NCBI GenBank assembly: GCA_937900485.1
Contig: CALCEL010000027.1
Coordinates: forward strand, 2,466-66,465
Reading direction: 5' to 3'
DNA length: 64,000 nucleotides
Origin: an uncultured Prevotellaceae bacterium
GTDB lineage: Bacteria; Bacteroidota; Bacteroidia; Bacteroidales; Bacteroidaceae
Of this stretch, positions 1-8,881 are shown piece by piece. A model generated the notes under the pieces. It was not told the origin of the DNA. It saw only the letters and a list, made by a program, of their open reading frames with translations, and made no database searches. Each line of letters begins with the position of its first letter. Within the stretch, counting starts at the first letter, position 1. Made by a program: the position numbers and the translations under genes.

Positions 1-1
1 C

Positions 2-1090
2 GCTGAGAAGGCGGGTCTTAAGCTTTACCTTGGGTCTTATCCTATCACTCCAGCTACAGATGTGTTACATGAGTTGTCAAAGCACAAGTCGTTAGGAGTA
101 ACCACAGTGCAGTGTGAGGATGAGATAGCAGGTTGTGCTTCGTCAGTAGGTGCCGCTTTCGCAGGTGCTCTTGCTGTGACTTCAACATCTGGTCCTGGTA
201 TCTGTCTTAAATCTGAGGCTATGAACCTCGCAGTGATTATGGAGCTTCCGCTTGTCGTTCTTGATGTACAGCGTGGAGGTCCTGCCACGGGTCTGCCGAC
301 GAAGTCAGAGCAGACAGACCTTCTTCAGGCCTTGTTTGGACGTAACGGAGAGAGTCCAATGCCAGTCATTGCCGCTACAAGTCCTACAGACTGTTTCGAC
401 GCGGCGTTTGCGGCTTCAAAGATGGCGCTTGAGCACATGACTCCGGTCATACTCATGACAGACGCTTACATCGCAAACGGTTCAGCAGCGTTCAAATTGC
501 CTAACCTTGCTGAATATCCAGAGATAAATCCTCCTTATGTGCCAGAGGAGTTGAAAGGCACATGGACTCCATACATGCGTGCTGAGAATGGTACACGTTA
601 CTGGGCAGTACCTGGTCGTGAGGGCTTCCAGCATATCTTGGGTGGATTGGAAAAAGACAACAAGACGGGAGCCATCTCAACAGATCCTGAGAATCATGAC
701 CTGATGACACGTCTGCGCCAGGCAAAGATTGACAAGATTCAGGTTCCGGACCTTGAGGTACTTGGTGACGCTGATGATGCTGAACTTCTCATAGTAGGAT
801 TTGGTGGAACATACGGTCACCTTCATGCAGCGATGGATGAGATGCGCTCCAAGGGAAAGAAAGTGGCTCTTGCTCACTTCAAGTATATCAACCCGCTGCC
901 AGCAAACACGTCAGATGTGCTCAAGAAGTACAAGAAGGTTGTTGTTGCTGAGCAGAACATGGGACAGCTTGCCGGATGGCTTCGTATGAAAGTTGACGGT
1001 TTCGTGCCTTATCAGTTCAATCAGGTTAAGGGACAGCCGTTTGTGGTATCAGAGCTTGTTGAGGCATTCGAGGAAATCATTAACAAATAA
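2..1090 (+). CDS. korA: 2-oxoglutarate/2-oxoacid:ferredoxin oxidoreductase alpha subunit; the 5' end lies upstream of the window
   Basis: The frame is open from position 2 (AEKAGLKLYLGSYPITPATDVLHEL...) to the stop at 1090. KorA-like motifs are present (GSYPITPA, CEDEIAG, TSGPG). The TPP-binding beta subunit follows 14 nt downstream. Confidence 0.85.
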   Translation, partial: AEKAGLKLYLGSYPITPATDVLHELSKHKSLGVTTVQCEDEIAGCASSVGAAFAGALAVTSTSGPGICLKSEAMNLAVIMELPLVVLDVQRGGPATGLPTKSEQTDLLQALFGRNGESPMPVIAATSPTDCFDAAFAASKMALEHMTPVILMTDAYIANGSAAFKLPNLAEYPEINPPYVPEELKGTWTPYMRAENGTRYWAVPGREGFQHILGGLEKDNKTGAISTDPENHDLMTRLRQAKIDKIQVPDLEVLGDADDAELLIVGFGGTYGHLHAAMDEMRSKGKKVALAHFKYINPLPANTSDVLKKYKKVVVAEQNMGQLAGWLRMKVDGFVPYQFNQVKGQPFVVSELVEAFEEIINK

Positions 1091-1104
1091 AAAGGACATT
1101 AATT

Positions 1105-2109
1105 ATGGCATATACAGCTCAAGAATTTAAGAAGGGACAGCCACGTTGGTGTCCTGGATGTGGAGATCATTTTTTCCTTGCCTCTTTGCACAAGGCTATG
1201 GCGGAGATTGGCGTTGCTCCTTGGAACACTGCGGTGATTTCCGGTATTGGTTGCTCATCACGTCTTCCACACTATATGGCGACGTATGGTATGAACACGA
1301 TTCATGGTCGTGCCGCTGCCATCGCCACAGGATGTAAGGTTACTAACCCTGACCTTGCTGTTTGGCAGGTGAGTGGTGACGGAGACGGACTGGCGATTGG
1401 TGGTAATCACTTCATCCATGCCAACAGAAGAAATATCAATCTCAACATGATACTTCTCAACAACCGTATTTACGGACTCACTAAAGGACAGTATTCACCT
1501 ACTTCCCCACGTGGATTTGTCAGTAAGTCATCGCCTTATGGTACTGTTGAGGATCCGTTCCGTCCAGCTGAGTTGTGCTTCGGAGCGCGCGGACATTTCT
1601 TTGCTCGCGCCGTGGCCACAGACGCAGCCGGCACAGTGGATATTCTCAAGGCGGCATACAATCATAAGGGAGCTGCCGTTTGTGAGATCTTACAGAACTG
1701 TGTGATTTTCAATAACGGTACTCATGATGCTGTTTACTCAAAAGAGGAGCGCGCTAAGAACGCTATCTACTGTAAACATGGCGAGCCATTGTTGTTTGGT
1801 GAGAACAACGAGTACGGATTGATGCAGGAAGGTTTCGGACTTAAGATTGTCAAGATAGGTGAGAACGGTGTGACAGAGAAAGATATTCTTGTTCATGACG
1901 CTCACTGTGAGGACAACACCCTTCAACTGAAGTTGGCCCTCATGGGTAACGGTGACGGTTTCCCTGTTGCTCTCGGTGTCATCCGTGACGTTGACGCTCC
2001 AACTTACGATGACAGTGTGACAGCCCAGATAGAGGAAGTTAAGTCAATGAAGAAGTATCACAATTTCTCAGAGCTTCTTGAGACTAATGATATTTGGGAA
2101 GTCAAGTAA
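1105..2109 (+). CDS. korB: 2-oxoglutarate/2-oxoacid:ferredoxin oxidoreductase beta subunit (TPP-binding)
   Basis: 334 aa. N-terminal CPGCGDH motif and a GDGD...N TPP motif (VSGDGDGLAIGGNH). Tightly linked to korA. Confidence 0.85.
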   Translation: MAYTAQEFKKGQPRWCPGCGDHFFLASLHKAMAEIGVAPWNTAVISGIGCSSRLPHYMATYGMNTIHGRAAAIATGCKVTNPDLAVWQVSGDGDGLAIGGNHFIHANRRNINLNMILLNNRIYGLTKGQYSPTSPRGFVSKSSPYGTVEDPFRPAELCFGARGHFFARAVATDAAGTVDILKAAYNHKGAAVCEILQNCVIFNNGTHDAVYSKEERAKNAIYCKHGEPLLFGENNEYGLMQEGFGLKIVKIGENGVTEKDILVHDAHCEDNTLQLKLALMGNGDGFPVALGVIRDVDAPTYDDSVTAQIEEVKSMKKYHNFSELLETNDIWEVK

Positions 2110-2145
2110 TAGTCTTAAATCATAATAGACAATAACAAAAACCTA

Positions 2146-2182
2146 CGAGTGTCACAGCCAACGCTGTGGCACTCGTTTTTTT
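2146..2182 (+). terminator. Rho-independent terminator after korB
   Basis: cgagtgtcacagc / gctgtggcactcg forms a 13-bp stem (one G-T pair) with a short loop and is followed by tttttttg. Confidence 0.8.
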
Positions 2183-2231
2183 GTTTAGACCAATATAAAA
2201 ACATTGTAGACGAATAAAATACCTCAATAGT

Positions 2232-2263
2232 TTTGCGTGTTTTGAAAATATACACTATATTTG
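2232..2263 (+). promoter_or_regulatory. Candidate Bacteroidetes sigma-A promoter for the GH115 gene
   Basis: TTTG at 2232-2235, a 20-nt gap, then TAtaTTTG at 2256-2263. This fits the Bacteroides -33 TTTG / -7 TAnnTTTG consensus. It lies about 130 nt upstream of the ATG at 2395. Confidence 0.45.
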
Positions 2264-2394
2264 CAGAGGTTAATTTTTAACTTTCGTTTTCAAAAGAATT
2301 CAGGTTAATTTATTGTGGGGACTTGCCGTTGTGAAACGTCGAGTCCATTTTTTTTCTAATACAAATCAACAGATAACATAAACTCGTATACTTT

Positions 2395-4629
2395 ATGTGT
2401 AATCGTAAAACCATACTGATATTATTTATATTTCTTTCTCAGATATGCGTGGCTCAGAAGTTTAGGATAAGTCATGGACAGTCTGTAAATATTTACGTCA
2501 AGAAAACTGAGAGTCCTGTGGTACACACTGCGATGGAGATGGTGAGGGCGGACTTAGTCAAGGCGTTAGACGCTGAGATGACTCAGTGTGATGATGTGAA
2601 AGATGCCGATGTGGTATGCTCTTACGATACGACATTGTCACGAGAGTCCTTTGAGTTATGTGTGAGACGGGGCCGACTATACGTCAAGGCGTCCGACGCT
2701 CACGGCATGGCATATGGATTATTAGAGTTATCACGACTGGCAGGTGTGAGTCCATGGGAGTGGTGGGCAGACTGTCAAGTCCGTAAGATCAAGTCACTGT
2801 CCCTGCGTGACGGTTACAGGCGGACAGAGAGTCCCGCTGTGGCCTACCGCGGAATCTTCATCAACGATGAGGACTGGGGTATGATACCTTGGTCGACCAG
2901 ACGAGAGCCAGGTGCGTGGACCATAAGGCAAGGACGCATAAAAGGAGCCGTGGGACCCGAGACCACGGAGAAGATATTCCAGTTGCTTCTCCGTCTCAGA
3001 GCCAATTACTATTGGCCTCCTATGCACGAGTGTACCCAACCGTTCTTCCTGACAGAAGGCAACAGAGAGGTAGCTGCCAAATACGGTATATACATTGGCG
3101 GAAGTCATTGTGAGCCTATGGCTTGTTCTGCCGCTGCGGAGTGGGGCTTGCGAGGAACGGGCGACTATAATTATGTGAGCAATGAGGTTGGAGTGCGTAA
3201 GTTCTGGCAGGAACGACTGGATGAGGTCAAGAATCAGGAGATACTATATACGATAGGAATGCGAGGTGTGCACGACGGAGCCATGCAAGGAGTGAAGACC
3301 ATGGACGAGAAAGTGCGAACACTTCAGAAAGTCATCAATGACCAGAGAGAGATGTTCGAGAACACCAAGCCCGGCATGGCTGACGGCAAACAGCTGTTCG
3401 TGCCATACAAGGAAGTGCTTGACATATATAAGAACGGTCTTCATGTCCCGGAAGACGTCACACTCATGTGGACCGATGACAACTACGGATATATCAGACA
3501 TTATCCTGACTCGACAGAAAGAGCGAGGAAAGGTGGAAACGGACTGTACTATCATGTTAGTTACTGGGGTGCGCCACAAGACTATTTATGGCTTGGCTCT
3601 TTCTCGCCGAGACTGATGTACCATCAGATGAGAGAAGCCTACAGACGAGGTGTACAGCAGGTGTGGGTGTTGAATGTGGGTGACATCAAACCGGCGGAGT
3701 TCCTTATTGAGGAGTGGATGAGTCTCGCCTGGGACGGATTCACTGACAAGAAAGACGAGGTGGAAGACATGATGCGCTCCTTTTACGCCCGTGAGTTTGG
3801 AGACTGCAATGCCGACAACATAGTCAGGATGATGAATGAGTGGTATGCGCTTGCTTTCGAGCGACGTCCTGAGTTCATGGCCAACACACGTGTCTATGAG
3901 AGTGACAGACAGTGGTGGGCTAAGCATCGTACCATACCAGGATGGAACAGTGAGGATGTGCGCCGACGTGTCGAGGCATACCAGAGATTGTCGGATGAGG
4001 CGGAGAAGATAGACGCCCGTATACCATCCGACCGTAAGTTCGCTTATTATCAGCTTGTGAAGTACCCTGTTCAAGCCGCTGCCCAGATGAATTTCAAGTT
4101 CCTTTGTCCTGAGCGTAGCTCCGAGTCCTACGACTCTATCGTGGTGCTGACAGAATTGTATAATAAAGGATATGACGGAAAGTGCAAATGGCAGGGCATG
4201 ATGGATATGTCACCGAGAAATTTACCTGTTTTCGATAAGGTGGACACGTTACTCACTTATCCTGCTCCTACAGAGAAATTGTTGTCAGTCATGTCGAGAT
4301 GTAAGACGACAGACAATGGTGACCTGTTGTTCAAACTGCCTAAGGACGCAGTGGTCAATGACAGTGTAACCCTTGAGATAAGTGCATTGCCTACGTTTCC
4401 CGTGTATGGTGACAGGATGGCCATGAGCATATCGTCAGACGGGTGCGCAGGAGTCGTAGCGGAGTTCCAGAGTAAGTATCATGGTGAGGAATGGAAACAG
4501 AACGTGTTGAGAAACAGAGCCGTGAGGCGTGTGAAGATACCTACCCGAGGTGATAAAGTCTTATTGAGTATGCTTGACGAAGGCATCACGGTCACTGACA
4601 TTAAAATAAAAATTCGTGATGGTAAATGA
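2395..4629 (+). CDS. Glycoside hydrolase family 115-like (alpha-glucuronidase-type), secreted
   Basis: 744 aa with a signal peptide. Blocks typical of GH115: GIFINDEDWG, LLLRLRANYYWPPMH, GGSHCEPM, YTIGMRGVHDG, WTDDNYGYIR, GLYYHVSYWGAPQDYLWL, NVGDIKPAE. Confidence 0.7.
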   Translation: MCNRKTILILFIFLSQICVAQKFRISHGQSVNIYVKKTESPVVHTAMEMVRADLVKALDAEMTQCDDVKDADVVCSYDTTLSRESFELCVRRGRLYVKASDAHGMAYGLLELSRLAGVSPWEWWADCQVRKIKSLSLRDGYRRTESPAVAYRGIFINDEDWGMIPWSTRREPGAWTIRQGRIKGAVGPETTEKIFQLLLRLRANYYWPPMHECTQPFFLTEGNREVAAKYGIYIGGSHCEPMACSAAAEWGLRGTGDYNYVSNEVGVRKFWQERLDEVKNQEILYTIGMRGVHDGAMQGVKTMDEKVRTLQKVINDQREMFENTKPGMADGKQLFVPYKEVLDIYKNGLHVPEDVTLMWTDDNYGYIRHYPDSTERARKGGNGLYYHVSYWGAPQDYLWLGSFSPRLMYHQMREAYRRGVQQVWVLNVGDIKPAEFLIEEWMSLAWDGFTDKKDEVEDMMRSFYAREFGDCNADNIVRMMNEWYALAFERRPEFMANTRVYESDRQWWAKHRTIPGWNSEDVRRRVEAYQRLSDEAEKIDARIPSDRKFAYYQLVKYPVQAAAQMNFKFLCPERSSESYDSIVVLTELYNKGYDGKCKWQGMMDMSPRNLPVFDKVDTLLTYPAPTEKLLSVMSRCKTTDNGDLLFKLPKDAVVNDSVTLEISALPTFPVYGDRMAMSISSDGCAGVVAEFQSKYHGEEWKQNVLRNRAVRRVKIPTRGDKVLLSMLDEGITVTDIKIKIRDGK

Positions 4630-4646
4630 CCATCACGAATTTTTTT
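4609..4646. terminator. Bidirectional terminator hairpin shared by the convergent GH115 and GH16 genes
   Basis: aaaattcgtgatgg / ccatcacgaatttt stem flanked by an A-run and a T-run. It overlaps the GH115 stop codon (4627-4629). Confidence 0.7.
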
Positions 4647-4650
4647 ATGC

Positions 4651-5520
4651 TCACTTCCTCTGCCAAACCCTAACGTAGTCAATCTCGTATCTCATCGGAA
4701 AAGCTTTGTCGTCAATCCTGCCTCCGTTATCACCACCAAGAGCGAGGTTTAACAAGATATACTGTGGAAAGTTGAAAGGACTGACATTGTCACCTATACT
4801 TCCGTTGACGGTTGACTTGACCGGAGTCTCGTTGAGTAGATCATCGTCCAAATATATACGTATAGCGTCCTTGTCCCAGTCCAGCCTCCATACGTGGAAA
4901 CTGCTGTGCCAAAAACTGTCTTTGTCCAGGAAATGCTGATAAGGAGTCTTGACGGAATTCCATACGGCATTCCATCTCTTGTCGTTGCCCCATGCCACGT
5001 TGGCGAGTACATGACTCACATTGTCAATACGATAATACTCCATGACGTCTATTTCTCCACACGATGGCCACTCACGTTGGTTGCCGAGAGTCCATATCGC
5101 TGGCCATGCGCCATAAGCCACAGGTATCCTTGCCTTGACCTCCATACGTCCGTAAGTGAAGCTGAAGCGGTCCTTTGTCGTCACGCAAGCCGAAGTATAT
5201 CTGATGTGCTTACGTCTTTTGTTCCATGCGTCGCTGTTCTCATCATACCAGGGGTTGAGTCGTAATGTGTCCAGCTTGTCACACTCAATCACCAGCATAC
5301 CATTTTGTCTGTATGCGTTCTCCTTCTGATACCATTGGTCCTCATGGTTTCTGACAAAGCCCTCCTCGTAGGTCCATTTGTTCTCGTCCAGCACTCCGTT
5401 ACCGTCAAACTCGTCCGACCACACCAGCTGGTATTCTTGTGCGTTCGTGCTAAGATGACAAGCCAACGATGCGAATAGCAATAAGTCTTTCATTTTTACC
5501 TTCATATCTTTCTTTTCCAT
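4651..5520 (-). CDS. Glycoside hydrolase family 16 (beta-glucanase/laminarinase-like), secreted
   Basis: GH16 catalytic motif EIDVMEY (ExDxxE) and a beta-jelly-roll-like sequence. Signal peptide MKVKMKDLLLFASLACHLSTNAQ. The start is placed at the ATG at 5520; 5505 or 5493 are alternatives. The longer ORF-track start at 5613 is unlikely. Confidence 0.8.
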   Translation of the reverse strand: MEKKDMKVKMKDLLLFASLACHLSTNAQEYQLVWSDEFDGNGVLDENKWTYEEGFVRNHEDQWYQKENAYRQNGMLVIECDKLDTLRLNPWYDENSDAWNKRRKHIRYTSACVTTKDRFSFTYGRMEVKARIPVAYGAWPAIWTLGNQREWPSCGEIDVMEYYRIDNVSHVLANVAWGNDKRWNAVWNSVKTPYQHFLDKDSFWHSSFHVWRLDWDKDAIRIYLDDDLLNETPVKSTVNGSIGDNVSPFNFPQYILLNLALGGDNGGRIDDKAFPMRYEIDYVRVWQRK

Positions 5521-5806
5521 TGTTATCCAGATGTCATGTCCGTATGAAAATCCTTGTCTCCCGATGAGAGACAGGGACTGCTCGCGAAGTTCATAAAAAA
5601 CAATTAAAAGCACAAGAAATTACGGATAAACTACATTCCTCACGCTTACCAACGAGTGTACTCTCAATCGTATGCGTGAAATGGATGATAACAGACCTCA
5701 TAATTATAACAAGCATGTGTGGCGACAGTCCCCATTCGTAGTGACGGATATTGTGGATTGAAACGATGAGAGATTAAAAAAGAAATAAAACATCTCTTTC
5801 GTAAGA

Positions 5807-6138
5807 CTAACCAGATTTCCTATCCGCACCCCCAATTTTTGCTGTCCGAAACTCCTCTTTTTCCGTTGACACAAGGCAACGAGAAAATGACTTCCGGAAT
5901 TTTCCCGTGTCTTATTCGGCTTTTGAAAATCTCAGGTTAGGATGATGAAAAGTTCAGGTTAGGATTTTTAAATTATCAGACCTGCGTATAGACTACATCC
6001 TAACCTGAGATTTTAAAAAAAGAGACATAAGGTTTTTAAATGCTTTGTTTTAACATTATCAATAAGTTAACCTATTTTTGATAAAAAATGGGCATAGGAA
6101 ATTTCGTCACACCATAAATTGTCCATTATTTCACCATG
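5807..6138 (+). repeat. Copy 1 of the ~330-bp structured non-coding repeat family
   Basis: Colinear with 21563-21894, 32853-33182 and 53861-54189. Contains AGGTTAGGA half-sites in the order > > < < and a subterminal inverted repeat, ATTTCCTAT (5815-5823) with ATAGGAAAT (6094-6102). No conserved ORF. Confidence 0.9.
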
Positions 6139-6205
6139 TGTTTACTGACTTATAACTGCTGCCTTATCCTGATTTTGGTTGACTCGGGTTGATTACATCC
6201 ATTAG

Positions 6206-6325
6206 CAGTTTGTCGAAGATATTTATGTATATAAGGATGCCAAAGGTCTATACATCGAGAAATATGGCGAGCGGGCAAAGAATGCTGTTTTAGTCATCCA
6301 TACCATTCCAGACAATGCTTTGTGA
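6206..6325 (+). pseudogene. Orphan C-terminal gene fragment (TonB-dependent receptor plug / BlaR-TonB C-terminal-like motif)
   Basis: The short frame QFVEDIYVYKDAKGLYIEKYGERAKNAVLVIHTIPDNAL* resembles the '...VLKDA..A.YG.RA.NGVI.I.T' motif. It follows an in-frame stop and has no start codon or upstream body. The surrounding 6139-6890 holds only short broken ORFs. Confidence 0.3.
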
Positions 6326-6868
6326 TGCCTATGTGTCATTCGCCTATCAAAGAAAGGGTAACTATCAGAATATGGATGAGAACAAGGATATGGTTGCGCT
6401 AACCAAGACGTTTATGAATGGTAACCTCAGCGTGAAGATCGAGGATGACGACCTGTTCTGCGGAAGATGTGACGGTTTCTGCTCAACTTCCAGGGCATGA
6501 CTATCGACAATTTCAACTCGTACGACAGCCGTTGCTGTTCTATAACCGTCAGGTATAAGTTCCATCAGTCAAAGTCGAAGTACAAGAGCCAGAGTACAGT
6601 TGACAGAGAGATTGACCGTTTATGACGTTTTTTGTGTGGATGTCGACATGCTCAGCCAGTCATGTCATGATGAGTCTATCAACGCATATCTCCATTAGTG
6701 GATACTGACACCTTTGTGGTCTATACTGAGTCGTTAAACGACTACACCTATTATATACATGTTGCGTATGTATGGAAAAAGGCTGATAAAAACTATTAAT
6801 CAAGAAGAGTTAGATAGAGGCGACGACGACAAGTAATCAGGATAAAAATTCCAAAAATGATTATTTAT

Positions 6869-6899
6869 TTTGCATTCTCTTTATAAATATATAACTTTG
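6869..6899 (+). promoter_or_regulatory. Candidate promoter of dxs
   Basis: TTTG at 6869-6872, a 19-nt gap, then TAacTTTG at 6892-6899, 45 nt upstream of the ATG at 6944. Confidence 0.5.
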
Positions 6900-6943
6900 C
6901 CGTTTAAAATGGGGTGGTTTCGGTCCATCATTATATAGAAGAA

Positions 6944-8854
6944 ATGGCAGAGAATAACGAATATAAGTTTTTATCAAAAATAAACTATCCGGATGATTTG
7001 CGGCATTTGCCTGTCAGTGATTTGCCAGAGGTGTGTCAGGAATTAAGGAGAGACATTATTAAGGAATTATCTGTTAACCCTGGACATCTGGCATCCAGTC
7101 TGGGTGTTGTGGAGTTGACCGTGGCTCTTCATTATGTCTTCAATACTCCTTACGACAGAATCGTGTGGGATGTCGGACATCAAGCTTATGGACATAAGAT
7201 TCTCACGGGAAGAAGGGAACGGTTCGCCACCAATAGAAAGTTACACGGATTGAAACCTTTTCCGCATCCTGATGAGAGTGAGTACGACACGTTTTGTTGT
7301 GGACACGCCTCAAACTCCATATCTGCCGGATTAGGAATGGCTGTGGCAGCCAAGCTGAACAAGGAAAAACGAAAGGTGGTGGCTGTTATTGGTGATGGCT
7401 CCATGAGTGGCGGTCTTGCCTTTGAGGGCATCAATAATGTCTCGTCCACTCCTAATGACATGCTTATCATCATCAATGACAATCATATGTCTATTGATAA
7501 TAGTGTGGGTGGTATGAGGAAGTATTTGTTGCAGTTGACCACTAATGACACCTACAATAATCTGAGATATACTATATCCCGTAAGCTGACAGACTGGGGA
7601 GTGCTCAATGAGAGGAGAAGAAAAGGACTCATAAGATTTAATAACAGCTTGAAGTCCGTGCTCACTCGTCAGCAGAATATCTTTGAGGGAATGGACATCA
7701 GGTACTTTGGTCCTATGGACGGACACGACGTGGAGGAACTAGTGCGTGTGCTGACCATAATCAAAGACATGAAAGGACCAAAGATTCTGCATATCAACAC
7801 GAAGAAGGGTAAGGGGTATGCTCCTGCCGAGAAGAATGCCACGGTATGGCACGCACCCGGCAAGTTCGACTTCGAGTCGGGTGAGCGTCTTTGCCCTAAG
7901 ACTACGGAGGCTATTCCGCCTCGATTCCAAGATGTCTTTGGAGAGACACTGCTGGAGCTTGCCACCAAGAATGACAAGATAGTAGGTGTCACTCCCGCCA
8001 TGCCGACTGGCTGTTCCATGAACATAATGATGAAAGCGATGCCGGGGCGTACCTTCGACGTGGGCATAGCAGAGGGACATGCCGTGACGTTCTCAGGTGG
8101 TATGGCTAAGGATGGACTGTTACCTTTCTGTAATATCTACTCGTCATTCATGCAAAGGGCGTATGACAACCTCATACATGACGTGGCGTCGATGAGGCTG
8201 AATATGGTGTTATGCCTTGACAGGGCAGGACTGGTTGGCGAGGATGGACCTACGCATCATGGTGTGTTCGACCTGGCATATCTCCGTCCTATACCTGACA
8301 TCACTGTGTCTTCTCCTTTGAATGAGATAGAACTCCGCAACCTTATGTATACAGCTCAGCTCCCGGATAAAGGCACGTTCGTCATACGTTATCCGAGAGG
8401 ACGAGGGTCGGTCGTGGAGTGGAGAAAGGACTTTGAGGAGGTTGAAGTGGGAAAAGGACGTGTGCTGAGAGATGGAGACGACTTGGCGGTGTTGTCCTTT
8501 GGCCCTATAGGCACTGAGGTGTCAAAAGCCATAGATATGTGTAACACTGACGGACGTTCGTTGTCCGTGGCTCATTATGATATGCGTTTTCTCAAACCTA
8601 TTGATACAGAGATACTCCATGAGGTGGGAAGAAAATTCAAACATGTCATCACCGTTGAGGATGGTGTGATCTGTGGTGGCTTGGGTGACGCCGTGTTGGA
8701 ATTTATGTCGGATAACGGATATGACGTGTCCGTGCGTCGTGTCGGCGTACCTGACAAGTTTGTGGAGCACGGAACCGTCAAGGAGTTGTATGGAATAGTT
8801 GGCATGGATGCCGAGAGTCTCTCAAGACTGATGTCTGAGACATTGAGTAAATAA
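6944..8854 (+). CDS. dxs: 1-deoxy-D-xylulose-5-phosphate synthase
   Basis: Dxs-typical N-terminus ([13 protein letters not shown]), [16 protein letters not shown] motif [17 protein letters not shown], and a transketolase-like C-terminal half. The start is taken at the ATG at 6944 rather than the GTG at 6914. Confidence 0.9.
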   Translation: MAENNEYKFLSKINYPDDLRHLPVSDLPEVCQELRRDIIKELSVNPGHLASSLGVVELTVALHYVFNTPYDRIVWDVGHQAYGHKILTGRRERFATNRKLHGLKPFPHPDESEYDTFCCGHASNSISAGLGMAVAAKLNKEKRKVVAVIGDGSMSGGLAFEGINNVSSTPNDMLIIINDNHMSIDNSVGGMRKYLLQLTTNDTYNNLRYTISRKLTDWGVLNERRRKGLIRFNNSLKSVLTRQQNIFEGMDIRYFGPMDGHDVEELVRVLTIIKDMKGPKILHINTKKGKGYAPAEKNATVWHAPGKFDFESGERLCPKTTEAIPPRFQDVFGETLLELATKNDKIVGVTPAMPTGCSMNIMMKAMPGRTFDVGIAEGHAVTFSGGMAKDGLLPFCNIYSSFMQRAYDNLIHDVASMRLNMVLCLDRAGLVGEDGPTHHGVFDLAYLRPIPDITVSSPLNEIELRNLMYTAQLPDKGTFVIRYPRGRGSVVEWRKDFEEVEVGKGRVLRDGDDLAVLSFGPIGTEVSKAIDMCNTDGRSLSVAHYDMRFLKPIDTEILHEVGRKFKHVITVEDGVICGGLGDAVLEFMSDNGYDVSVRRVGVPDKFVEHGTVKELYGIVGMDAESLSRLMSETLSK

Positions 8855-8881
8855 TCGCCGTTTCAGTAAATTAAGTATAAA

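Noticed and set aside
5887-5940. A 17-codon micro-ORF inside the repeat (MTSGIFPCLIRLLKISG* in copy 1), with similar versions in copies 3 and 4.
   Set aside because: It is broken in copy 2 (MLLSILS*). The substitutions between copies are mostly non-synonymous (G/E, R/W, L/R, PC/QW). The region doubles as a pairing arm (half-site B1). Conservation is better explained by nucleic-acid structure than by a peptide.
5807-6138. The repeat as a family of invertible promoters (invertons), since a subterminal inverted repeat flanks ~270 bp, as at Bacteroides phase-variable promoters.
   Set aside because: There is no consistent downstream gene: copy 2 faces a convergent gene, copy 4 faces the sufE terminator, and copy 1 faces debris. 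No conserved TAnnTTTG box lies inside all copies. The inverted repeat is short and imperfect, and all four copies are in the same orientation. This is not excluded, but it is the weaker hypothesis.
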